A stretch of DNA of 64,000 bases from Octopus vulgaris (GCA_951406725.2 OX597827.1:59086001-59150000), one strand, 5' to 3'; shown: positions 16,238 through 29,110, numbered from the stretch's first letter. Notes: generated by a model not told the origin, from the letters alone. Program-made: numbers and translations.

Positions 16238-17050
16238 AAGAGAAATAATATTCTTAAGATTATAAACCTGGAAAATTACAGGACAAGTTATTACAATTTC
16301 AGGACAACTTTCAGGACAATTTATTACACCTGGTAAAGTACAGAACAAGAAAATTTTTACTTCAAATATTGCAGCTAAAGATAAAATTTCAAATAAAATA
16401 TTTAGATTTAGTAAATATTAGCTTTTATAGAAACAAAAAATTTTATTACAAGTCATTACTTCTATTTGTTATTACTTGTTACTTCTATTTAAAATTAAAA
16501 TAACTCAAGATATTTTTGCACTTTAAAAAAATTCCTTTCTTTAATTATGAATTAATAATTAGAAATTTGAAAATAACAGTAGTACATAATTAGTTAACAC
16601 AATAAGTAGAATAATACAAAAATCAATTATATATTACAGTAAAATCTACCTAAAACAACAAATTCACTGTAAAATTTATAGCCTAAGTTCTTGCCAAGTC
16701 TTCCCATTTTTAGTCTTGACCCAATGCCTATTTTTTATATAATTAATTTACCTACCATTTATACTATTCTACTTTGCATAAAACTTTAGCTATATTGCTA
16801 CTTCTGGCTCTCATTTGTGTGTCAATATTTTAACAAAATGATGGTACCTTCTTTAATTATAATGTTACTTTGTAAATTAAAATCAAATAATTTTTGATAT
16901 TCAAATTTTATCCTAAGCTGCAATATTTTAAGTAAAAATTTTCTTCTTCTGTACTTTATCAAATGTAATTAGATATCCTGAACTTTTCCAAGTGGAATAA
17001 TTGTCGTGTAATTTTCCAGATTTATAATCTTAACAATATTATTTCTCTTG
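16238..17050. mobile_element. AT-rich foldback/MITE-like element with long imperfect terminal inverted repeats
   Basis: caagagaaataatattcttaagattataaacctggaaaattac ... gtaattttccagatttataatcttaacaatattatttctcttg. Confidence 0.6.
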
Positions 17051-17212
17051 TTTTCATTTTTGCATGAAATCCATGTTTTTTTTCCAGGCTATGCTATTAT
17101 GCTAATTAATAACGAGTCAAATATGTCAATTAGCAGTGTCATTGATAATTTTTTCCTTACCTCAATGACGCTGGTGACATATATTAAAAGCCCCCTTATA
17201 GAACGATATTCA

Positions 17213-17706
17213 TTAAAAAATGTATAGAACTATATCATCAACCATAAATTTGAGAAACAAACACTCATAACTTCTTTCTTTTAAGACTTGATTGCGTGAG
17301 ATTGATACCATGAAATTCCTCGAATTGAGCTCTATTCCAGGACGAGGCTCGTCTTTTAGGCTGCAGTTTCCGCTTCGGAATTTCTGGAACCACCGCTGAC
17401 ACTGGCTTACGCTTATTATCCGATCCCTATATACTACATTAATATTCCTCACACTTTCCGTTTTGTTGTTGCCTTTATTGGACTCATAAAGCAAAATATG
17501 CCGAATATGCTCCTTTCTCACTTCCATTATAGTATTGAAAAATTAACTGTTAAAATTGAAATGCACTCTTCAAAATTTGCACTAAGGTAAAATTACTACC
17601 TGATTTTGCAGCAAGTTGGTGCAGATAGATTGTTTACCCTGTCCCCCTCCAACCTTTAGTCCTTGCTATTGAAAAAACCGCATTATTTATGGGTTGACCC
17701 AATATA
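17213..17706 (-). mobile_element. Mariner transposon 5' fragment (TIR + HTH region)
   Basis: MEVRKEHIRHILLYESNKG...QCQRWFQKFRSGNCSLKDEPRPG; terminus TATATTGGGTCAACCCATAAATAATGCGG, copied at ~20810-20846 and ~21690-21727. Confidence 0.85.
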
Positions 17707-17804
17707 TCAGTGGTCAGATGCCGCATCATATATACTTCTTAGTTTCCGAAATTACATCTACTAAATTATTTATCCCACCTACTATCTTATTTTCTCTGTT
17801 GCAG

Positions 17805-17840
17805 ATTAAGGATATTTGCGACCTATTCAGCAAAGATGAT
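17805..17840 (+). CDS. Ferritin gene A, B-C loop microexon a1 (IKDICDLFSKDD, 36 nt)
   Basis: tttctctgttgcag / gtaagt; phase 0-0; same length and xxxICxxxS pattern as gene B microexon 45058-45093. Confidence 0.85.
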
Positions 17841-17926
17841 GTAAGTATTGTTGATATAGTAAATATATTTTACCAGACATGACGAAATTCCATGACTGTC
17901 TGTGAGTTTACTGAGAATATCACACA

Positions 17927-17982
<56 letters not shown>

Positions 17983-18879
17983 ACACACACATACACATAC
18001 ACACCCATACACACATACACACACTCACACGAACATGCACACACACATATATATATATGTGTACGGGTGTGTACGTATGCGTATATTCTTTGACTTTATT
18101 CTTTTATTTGTTTCAATACTTATGTACATACACATACATACATACATACATACATACATACATACATACATACATGTATGTGTAAACTCTTATGAAGTAA
18201 CTGATTGGTTTGAATAAATTCCAAATTGATATATCTAATTATTATCCCTCCATAAACCCTATTTTACTAAATAAGGGGCTCGTCTTTGTGATGAACAACT
18301 CAAATTAATTTAGAAAAGAGGTAAATATTATTTTAGCAGCCAAGACGCTTTTAATTAATTTGAGGGTAAATATTGGACAAAAAACGGCAGACCGAACAAC
18401 TTTCATACTACAAAGGAGTCCAATTTTATATTAAAAATTATATTAAAACTATGTAAAGTGTGTATATTTTCCTTTTTTAATTTCTGATATATATTGGATA
18501 ATAAAACGAATGGTTTACACCTGGTAGCTTACTGGGAAAGCACGGTCACTTTCAGTGATTAATAATAAATTCTCGTATATTCCATCATCCGTCTTTCATT
18601 TGCCATATATATATATATATATATATATAAAGCGATGAATAGATTTTTGCCGAAATCATGGTTCACTTTGTTCTCTTACTTTATTATCATCTTATAATCA
18701 TCTCATAATAATGACTTTTATGACTTTTATTACTACCTCAGTTCATCTAAATGTATATATTTGTCGTTACCTGTCATAAAAAGCCTTTTTTCATTTGCAA
18801 TGTGCATTTTCGTTGATTTTTCATATTTTACCCTTACATTTCCACGTGTATTTTATATTTTCTTTTGGTAACATATTTC

Positions 18880-18917
<38 letters not shown>

Positions 18918-18925
18918 GCATCTAT

Positions 18926-18961
<36 letters not shown>

Positions 18962-19151
18962 CGCGTGCATGCATGCATGTATTTATGTATGTATGCATGT
19001 ACGTATGAATGTATGTATGTATGTATATGCATACATACGTTTGCGTAAAAGAATTGTTAAATTACCTTTAAAATATTGCATGCATCTACTCGGCAGCATT
19101 AATGTGAAAACTGCAAACTGATGTTTTTTTATTCTTCTTTTTTTTGTCTAG

Positions 19152-19169
19152 ATTTGCTCGGATAAAAAT
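19152..19169 (+). CDS. Ferritin gene A, microexon b1 (ICSDKN, 18 nt)
   Basis: Long T-rich tract + gtctag acceptor, gtaagt donor, phase 0-0; flanks homologous to microexon b2 at 27058. Confidence 0.65.
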
Positions 19170-20943
19170 GTAAGTAACCTTCCCACACTAAGTATTTAAA
19201 CTGTGTTTTCTTTTGTGTTCTTCGTATGTATAGTATCGTCTAATGATTATGCTATGATAGATCAATGAAGATTTTGTAAGTATCTCTATCCTGCTTATAG
19301 CACTTCCCTAATAATTTGCAAGAGATTTTGGGTGGCCGTCATTCTCCAATCAGGATGTAGCCAGTCTCCAGCAGCTTCACATAGTCGTCTGAACTGAGCC
19401 TAAGGCCCTGTTCAAAGATGAGTGGATGAAGCCTGGTGTGCGGACGTAGTCAGAACGCCTTCTGTTTAGTTAGTCACGGCTTCGTAGTCTGCATCTGTCC
19501 ATGTCTTGTCTTACAGCCTTTGTTGTGTTCACAGAGTTGTGATCTGCAGTCAGGACGGCAATTTATTACCCGGCCCGAATCATCATGATACAGGTAATTA
19601 TTTTCCAGTATTCAGATGGCTAGCAGGGCTCCATGTCAACTAACTGCTTCTCAATTACAACTTTAATCTTTATGCAGGAGTGGCTGTGTGGTAAGTAGCT
19701 TGCTAACCAACCACATGGTTCCGGGTTCAGTCCCACTGCGTGGCATCTTGGGCAAGTGTCTTCTGCTATAGCTCCGGGCCGACCAATGCCTTGTGAGTGG
19801 ATTTGGTAGACGGAAACTGAAAGAAGCCTGTCGTATATATGTATATGTATATATATGTGTTTGTGTGTCTGTGTTTGTCCCCCTAGCATTGCTTGACAAC
19901 CGATGCTGGTGTGTTTACGTCCCCGTTACTTAGCGGTTCGGCAAAAAGAGACCGATAGAATAAGTACTGGGCTTACAAAGAATAAGTCCCGACTAAAGGT
20001 GGTGCTCCAGCATGGCCGCAGTCAAATGACTGAAACAAGTAAAGGAGTAAAAGAGTATACCCTTGAATGTTCAATAATACATCAAACTGTTTTTGAAAAA
20101 AAAGGAGGCTTAATGAAGTCATCACATTCGACCTGAAACCATTTAGCTGAATAGATTTGAATGTGATATCGAAGCACCCTGCCCGTTGGACTCATGCCGC
20201 CCGGTGCAGGAATCGAGCCCACTTCGTGGTTCCAACACATTAACCACTTGGTGACCTGCATTTACATGGCAGTGTAGAGACGTGGCGTGAGTAAGAAAAG
20301 AAAATACTTTTGGGACATAAAAACTCATCTTATTATTGTTCATGTTATCTTGTAGGCAAAGTTGAATGAGAAGAGACTTAAGGCATTCAAGAACTACAAA
20401 AATATGACTCTACTACTGTTGTTCTAAGAACTACTGCTGCTGTTGTTGTTGTTGTTGTTGTTAAGCAACAAGACGGGTAAGGGTGATTAGGTGATGGTCT
20501 AGGGTTTAGGGGCGGGAGATCCCAGACCTTGGAAAAAAAAAACTTTGGTCGTCTTGTTGTTTCGAGGGCTCTTCGTTGACGCCCGACACCACTGAAAGGT
20601 GGCCCTCGAAGTCGCTGGAAATGGAGATCTCCAGGTCCAAAATCTTGAACGGCTACTGCTGCTGTTGGTATTGCTGCAACAGCTTCTTTTCCTCAACAAG
20701 CACAGCCCTGTTTATCATTGTTTATCCCAAAACAGATCAAAGAGGTAAAAGATCCCATCACCTTTAAACGGAATTTGGACAAATTTCTCCGAGTTTTAGT
20801 TCATGCAATTGAAAAACCCGCATTATTTATGGGATGACCCAATATATAGTGGACAGATGCAACATTAAATATACTTAATAGTTTATGAATTTATATGTAC
20901 TAAATTCTTTATCAAACCTACTATCTTATTTTCTCTATTGCAG

Positions 20944-20976
20944 AGTGACGATTGCAAACATTTGTACTCAGCAAAG
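20944..20976 (+). CDS. Ferritin gene A, microexon a2 (SDDCKHLYSAK, 33 nt)
   Basis: ttttctctattgcag / AAG|gtaagt; phase 0-0; duplicated flanks. Confidence 0.8.
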
Positions 20977-21824
20977 GTAAGTATTAATGATACAGTAAAC
21001 ATATCTTACCAGACATGACAAAATTTCATGACTGTGAGTTTGCAGAGAATATCACACAAAGAAAACACACACGCTCACACACACACACACGCACACACAC
21101 GCACACATACACATACACACTCTCACACACGCACACGCACAAACACACGCATACATGCACACACAGGCACACTCACGTGTATACACATACATGCACACGT
21201 ACACATATATATATACGTATGTGTACGTGTATGTGCGCGAACCTTGGAAGCAATCTTGGTAAGAATAAGACCATTATAACAACCAATCAACCTAAGAATT
21301 TTAAGAGGGATAATAATAATAGTGATAATGAAAATAATTATAGTAATGCTGGTAAAGATGATGTAAGTAAGAAAAGAAAATACTTTAGGGACATAAAAAC
21401 TCATCTTGTTATTGTTCATGTTATCTTGTAGGCAAAGTTGGATGAGAAGAGGTTTAAGGCATTCAAGAACTATAAAAGTATGGGTTTACTACTGTTGTTC
21501 TAAGAATTGTTGTTGTTGTTGCAAGTATTGCTGCTGCTGCTGGCATTGTTGGTATTGTTGCAACAGCTTCTTTTCCTCAACAAGCACAGCCCTGTTTATC
21601 ATTATTCCAAAACAGATCAAAGATGTAAAGAAACCCATCACCTTTAAACGGAATCTGGACAAACTTCTCCGACTTTTAAGTTCATGCAATTGAAAAACCC
21701 GCATTATTTATGGGATGACCCAATATATAGTGGACAGATGCAACATTGAATATACTTAATAGTTTATGAATTTACATGTACTAAATTCTTTATCAATCCT
21801 ACTATCTTATTTTCTCTATTGCAG

Positions 21825-21857
21825 AGTGACGATTGCAAACATTCGTGCCCCGCAAAA
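21825..21857 (+). CDS. Ferritin gene A, microexon a3 (SDDCKHSCPAK, 33 nt)
   Basis: ttttctctattgcag / gtaagt; phase 0-0; duplicated flanks. Confidence 0.8.
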
Positions 21858-22094
21858 GTAAGTATTAATGATACAGTAAACATATTTTATTTATTTATTT
21901 TTTTATTTTTATTTTATCTAGTTTCAGCTCACTAGCTGTGGCCATCTTACTAGACATTATAAAATTTAATGACTGTGAGTTTACTGAGAATATAACACAC
22001 AGAAAACACACACGCATACACACTCAGACACATACACATAGAAACACACACACACATACACACACTGCACACACATACACACACACACACGCAT

Positions 22095-22140
<46 letters not shown>

Positions 22141-22168
22141 GAAAAAAGCAACAAGAATGGATTAAAAT

Positions 22169-22253
22169 CTCGGTACGATCGTTTCGTACGAGGACATCTT
22201 TAATAAGCTACAAAAAATGCAGTGAATACAGATGGCTCGTACTCGTCAGCCGA
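22169..22253 (-). ncRNA. Type I hammerhead ribozyme motif, Penelope-associated type
   Basis: Minus strand: tcgg-CTGACGA-GTACGAG..CTCGTAC-GAAA-CGATCG-TA-ccga; complete core, stems I and II, palindromic stem III, GUA cleavage triplet. Confidence 0.75.
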
Positions 22254-23951
22254 AAAAACATCAGAGAATTCCCAAACATCAAAAGGGGTAGATACAAAAG
22301 AGGTTGTAAGATTAACTGCATTGAAGAAAGTTTAATCCATTCTTGTTGCTTTTTTCCTATTTGTAATCACCCCACTTGTCGTATGGTTAACACCATATAG
22401 ATTTCCGGTGCATCCTAGTTAAGGACCATATTCATGTGAATTCTTTAGAATTCACTTGAATCTCAATTACTTAACCGAGTATATCTATATATATATATAT
22501 ATATACGTATGTCTAAACATAATAAAATAGGGTAATAATAAATTATTATTACCATTGGCCTAGCACAAAAAACGAATTAGTCATTAGACTATATATTATT
22601 CATATAGAAATATAATAAGAGGCTTCCAAATAGGAAAGCGTTGTGCTAGAAAGAGCAGTAGAAATCTCAAAAACCAGTAAAAAAGGATAAATTCCCGAAA
22701 GGAATGAAAATTAAAAACGTTTACGATAAACGTTTTTAATTTTCATTCCTTTCGTGAATTTATCCTTTTTTGTGTTCTAGCACAACGCTTTCCTATTTGG
22801 AAACCACTTATTGTATATATATATATATACGTATGTGTATGTGTCTGTAAGTATGCGTATATTTTTGACTTAACTCTTTTACTTGTTTCAGTACTTTGCA
22901 CATACACACATATGCATACATGCATGTATGATGGCACGTCGGACACCATCCCAGAATTTCTGCGTACCCGTGCTATTGCTAGATAGCCGTTGAGCCTGCG
23001 CTAGGTTAATCCTACATTCCAGCAGGTCTTGTTTTTAATCCAGGCTAGCCTGGTGGGGGTACCGGTTTATTCGCCGACAACCGGACCATGCAACAGGTTG
23101 TACTGGATTCCATGTCACGAGTAGCACTTGTGAGAGCTTCATAAGTGACCCGACATAACATACATACATACATATATACATACATATATACATACATACA
23201 CACTACATACATGTATGTGTAAACTCTTATGAAGTAACTGATTGATTTGAATAAATTACGGATAAAATATAAAGTTTATCCAAATTGATATATCTAATTT
23301 TTATCCCTCTATTAACCCTATTTTACTGAATAAGGAGCTCATCTTTGTGATGAACAACTCAAATTTATTTAGAAAAGGGGTAAATATTATTTTAACAGGT
23401 AAGAAGCTTATAAATTTGAAGGTAAATAATGGACAAAAAACGGCAGACAGAACAACATTCATATCACAAAGGAGTCCAACGATTCCGCACAAATTACTGA
23501 TTTAGTAAGCGTTCATATATTTCAGTGTTTAAATAGGCAATATCCTGAACTAATGAAGGGATTATATACGGATGGCGCTTTATTTGCTGTTTATATGTGA
23601 AGTAAGATTAACTGAGAAAGGTGTAGAATAAACGCTTTGAATTTTTAAAGGCCTTAGCACTATGAACCTTCCTGGAGAATGCATGTGTATATGTACATTT
23701 TCTAGATTTTACTTTGGATCGTAATACGGGGCTTTTTAATCAGTATCAGAAACCAACTGAAAACTTCAGATATATGAGTCGAAAATCCAACCATCCAAAG
23801 CAATTACAAATTCTATAATTGGAAGTGTCTCCTTTAGAATTTCTATATTTTCAGCTATTGACAGATGCAGCATTAGATATACTTAATAGTTTACGAATTT
23901 ACATGTACTAAATTCTTTATCAATCCTACTATCTTATTTTCTCTATTGCAG

Positions 23952-23984
23952 ACTGGCGATTGCACAATTTCGAGCCCCCAAAAA
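23952..23984 (+). CDS. Ferritin gene A, microexon a4 (TGDCTISSPQK, 33 nt)
   Basis: ttttctctattgcag / gtaagt; phase 0-0; duplicated flanks. Confidence 0.8.
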
Positions 23985-24103
23985 GTAAGTATTAATGATA
24001 CAGTAAACATATCTTACTAGACATTACAAAATTTCATGACTGTGAGTTTGCTGAGAATATCACGCAAAGAAAACACACACGCTCACACACACACACACAC
24101 ACT

Positions 24104-24160
<57 letters not shown>

Positions 24161-24474
24161 AGACACATACACACACACAGACGTGCACACACGCACACAC
24201 ACATACACATATATATATATGTATCTGTATATGTATGTATGTACGAGTATATTCTTTGACTTAATTTTTTTACTTCTTTCATTACTTGTGCACATACATA
24301 CATTTACATACATCCATATACATACATACATACATACATGCATGCATGCATACATTCATACATACATACATACATACATACATACATACATACATACATA
24401 CAAACATACATACATACATACATACATACATACATACATACATACATACATACATACATACATACATACATACG

Positions 24475-26450
24475 TGATGGCCACCCTTTACAAACATTAT
24501 GCGCTCTATGACTGACTTATATTTTGCATTTGCGGCTCCGTTGGTGGCTAATGAAACCTGCTCTTGACAAGCATACACGACTGCAAACATTGCAAACTAA
24601 GCTTTCCCCATTCACTACACTAGCAGTGCGCTTTCGAGCAGTACGCTTAAATTCTTCGTGCAGAATACGTGCTCTCTCAAAGGTGTTGATCCCCTCCTTA
24701 ACCTGCTCCCTCCATCTGTGCCAATGACAGTCATTGCTCTCCCATTTCATCTCCTGCGTATCACAGGCCTTTAATGAGGACTTGACAAAATCCTTAATTC
24801 GTAGCCTCGGTTTCTGCCGAGGTCTCTTTCCACTAACAAGTTCTCCATATAGCATCTGTTTAGCGATCCGGCTATCCTTCATTCTAATAAGGCGTCCAGT
24901 CCAAAATAACCAGTGCTTGTGCGCCATCCCTGCAATACTCAAGATATAAGCTTTCCTCAGGACCTGTTTGTCTTGTGTTTTTAAGATCCAGCCAAAATTC
25001 AGAATGTGTCTCAGACATCTCTGATGAAAGCGTTCAATGACCTTTACATGACGTGTGTAAAGGGTCCATGTCTCACATGAGTAAAGAGGCGATGTCAGCA
25101 CACATGCACGGTACACAACAATTTTTGTTTCCCTTGTGATGCCATGCTGGGACCAGATACGAGACTCAAGAGACCGGAAGGAATCAGTTGTTCTCAGCAG
25201 CATGAAAGATATTTCATCATCCAGAGATCAAGAACGGCTGAGTGTGCTGCCCAGGTAGACAAACTTGTCTTGCAATTTCAGTATTGTTCCTTCAACCAAG
25301 ATAGCTGATTCCACATACGGATTTCCTGGTGCAGGCTGCAATATAACAATTGTCTTCTCCAGACTAATGCTGAGTCCAAATGCCTTGCAAGAAACAACAA
25401 TACGATTCATAAGTATTTGCATGTCATCCACTGTATGAGTGACGAAGTCACAGTCATCTGCATAAAAGGTGTCACGAATAAGAGACTGGAAACTTTTGAA
25501 TTGGCCGCAAATCGGCGCAGATTAAAGAGGGGGCCAGAAGATCGATTCCTGACATATATTCCCATAGTCCTAACCTTGGCAAAGCATGAGTAAAAACAGC
25601 AGCAAAGTACAAAGAAAAGAGAGTTGGGGCAAGGATGTTACCCAGCTTGACACCATTCTCTACAGGAATGGGTCCCGCCATACCACCACCACCATTGATC
25701 CAAGCATCCATTCCATCATGAAATGATTTAATTATAGATATAAAGTGATACGGACATCCAAGCTTGCCTAGCATTTTCCATAGCAGGGTCTTATCCACAG
25801 TATCAAAGGCATTTGTTAAATCAGTGGACAAGATCCATATCCTGCTCATAACACTTCTGCAAGTCCTACTGTGAAAATTATATCCATCGCCCCTCTACCA
25901 AATCGGATTCCACGTTAAGATTCAGATGGGACATCATTTACGAGACACCCATTCAGGCTGATAAGAAGAATATTTGCCAGAACCTTGCCAGCAGATGATA
26001 GTTGAGCAATAGCTCTGTAGTTACCACACGTTATTCTGGCCTCTTTTCCTTTATAGAGAGGAAGAATAATTGCATCCTTCTAGTCTGTAGGCATTGCACC
26101 ATTCCCTCAGACTATACTAATAAGTTCATGAAGTGGCTGTATGATTTAATCACCACTAAATCGTAAGAGCTCAGCACAAATTCCATCCCTTCCGGGTGCC
26201 CTAACAAGATTCAATTTTCTTGTTGCTGTCATTACCTCATCTATTGAGGATGTTGAATTTACGGAACCAATGATAGGTCTCTCTTGCATAGTATCAATCA
26301 CTGTTTCATCCACTGTTTCATTCACTGTTTCATAGTATCAATCACTGTTTCATCATGGTTCAGGAGTTAAAAGAAGTGTTCAATCCAGCGACCTGTGATT
26401 TCTGTTGCTTTAGTAAATAGAGTAGCAAACCCCTTGGAAAACAAAGGAGC
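24475..26450 (-). mobile_element. RTE-clade LINE, 5'-truncated, degraded RT
   Basis: DLTNAFDTVD, GVKLGNILAPTLFSLYF, FYADDCDF, KFVYLGS, LYSCETWT, C-terminal CNVCSRVC..H; tail abuts (TACA)n. Confidence 0.9.
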
Positions 26451-27057
26451 TGATGCCTTATAATGTAACACACTCACCGGTAAAATTTCCACTTATTTCT
26501 TATTTTTATTTTCCTAAAATTTTCGTTGGTCTTGCAACCTTTTTACCGGTGAGTGTGTTACATTATGAGGCACAAAAAGAAAATGACTCTCCCCAGACAC
26601 AACAGAATATGCTTCAACACACGAACTCATGTAAAGAATCTTGCAAACCAAATCCAAAACGAAACATATATATATATACACGCATATATACATATATATG
26701 ACGAGCTTCTTTTGAGTTTTCGTGTACCAAATCCACTCACAAGGCTTTGGTCGGCCCGAGGCTATAGAAGAAGACACTTGCCCAATGTGCCATGCAGTGG
26801 GACTGAACCCGGAACCATGTGGTTGGTAAGCAAGCTACTTACCACACAGCCACTTCTGCGTATGTATATACGTATGAATGTATGTATGTATGTATGTATG
26901 TATGTATGTATGTATGTATGTATGTATGTATGTATGTATGTGTGTATGTATATGCACACATACATTTGCGTAAAAGCATTATTGAATTACCTTTGAAATA
27001 TTGCATGTATCTACACAGCAGCATTAACATGAAAGCCGTTAATTTCTTTTTGTCTAG

Positions 27058-27093
27058 GTTTGCACTGAGATAACAGGAACAGAGCATACCCAA
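27058..27093 (+). CDS. Ferritin gene A, microexon b2 (VCTEITGTEHTQ, 36 nt)
   Basis: tttctttttgtctag / gtaagt; phase 0-0; starts [LIV]C like gene B microexon 43327-43371. Confidence 0.8.
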
Positions 27094-27244
27094 GTAAGTA
27101 TTTAAATTGTTTTTGTTTGTTTGTTTTTTTGTTTTTTGTATGTATATTATCACTACGATTGTTTTGAACTGCATGCAATAGTTTCCATTCTCCATGTGCA
27201 GTGTTGTATACAATGTCTTTATAATGAAGTCTTACGGGAGGGGG

Positions 27245-27248
<4 letters not shown>

Positions 27249-27319
<71 letters not shown>

Positions 27320-27423
27320 GAGGCGCGATGGCCCAGTGGTTAGTCTTATGGCATTGGGGTGTGTTCATAGTACCGTTTACTCGATCGACCAATTGAGCAA
27401 GCGAAACTATGAACGCACCTATA

Positions 27424-27460
<37 letters not shown>

Positions 27461-27580
27461 TGTGTGTGTATGTGTGGAGGCGCGATGGCCCAGTGGTTAG
27501 TCTTATAGCATTGGGGTGTGTTCATAGTACCGTTTACTCGATCGACCAATTGAGCAAGCGGAACTATGAACGCACCTATA

Positions 27581-27615
<35 letters not shown>

Positions 27616-27622
27616 CGTGTGC

Positions 27623-27665
<43 letters not shown>

Positions 27666-27781
27666 TGTGTGTGTATGGAGGCGCGATGGCCCAGTGGTTA
27701 GTCTTATAGCATTGGGGTGTGTTCATAGTACCGTTTACTCGATCGACCAATTGAGCAAGCGGAACTATGAACGCACCTATA

Positions 27782-27834
<53 letters not shown>

Positions 27835-28146
27835 TGTGTGGAGGCGCGATGGCCCAGTGGTTAGTCTTATAGCATTGGGGTGTGTTCATAGTACCGTTTA
27901 CTCGATCGACCAATTGAGCAAGCGGAACTATGAACGCACCTATGTGTGTGTGTGTGTGTGTGTGTGCGTGCGTGTGCGTGCGTGTGCGTGCGTGTGTGTG
28001 GGTGTGTGTGTGTGTGTATGTGTGTGTGTGTGTGTGTGTGTGGAGGCGCGATGGCCCAGTGGTTAGTCTTATAGCATTGGGGTGTGTTCATAGTACCGTT
28101 TACTCGATCGACCAATTGAGCAAGCGGAACTATGAACGCACCTATA

Positions 28147-28191
<45 letters not shown>

Positions 28192-28301
28192 TGTGTGGAG
28201 GCGCGATGGCCCAGTGGTTAGTCTTATAGCATTGGGGTGTGTTCATAGTACCGTTTACTCGATCGACCAATTGAGCAAGCGAAACTATGAACGCACCTAT
28301 A

Positions 28302-28366
<65 letters not shown>

Positions 28367-28486
28367 TGTGTGTGTATGTGTGGAGGCGCGATGGCCCAGT
28401 GGTTAGTCTTATAGCATTGGGGTGTGTTCATAGTACCGTTTACTCGATCGACCAATTGAGCAAGCGGAACTATGAACGCACCTATA

Positions 28487-28567
<81 letters not shown>

Positions 28568-28683
28568 TGTGTGTGTGTGGAGGCGCGATGGCCCAGTGGT
28601 TAGTCTTATAGCATTGGGGTGTGTTCATAGTACCGTTTACTCGATCGACCAATTGAGCAAGCGGAACTATGAACGCACCTATA

Positions 28684-28761
<78 letters not shown>

Positions 28762-28910
28762 AGGCGCGATGGCCCAGTGGTTAGTCTTATAGCATTGGGG
28801 TGTGTTCATAGTACCGTTTACTCGATCGACCAATTGAGCAAGCGGAACTATGAACGCACCTATAATGTGTGTGTGTGTGTGTGTGTGCGTGCGTGTGCGT
28901 GCGTGTGTGT

Positions 28911-28952
<42 letters not shown>

Positions 28953-29055
28953 AGGCGCGATGGCCCAGTGGTTAGTCTTATAGCATTGGGGTGTGTTCAT
29001 AGTACCGTTTACTCGATCGACCAATTGAGCAAGCGGAACTATGAACGCACCTATA

Positions 29056-29110
<55 letters not shown>

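Noticed and set aside
21489-21704. Poly-Gln ORF on - strand
   Set aside because: Decayed CR1-like 3' fragment plus CAG/CAA repeat within the duplicated intron block (copy at ~20390-20800)
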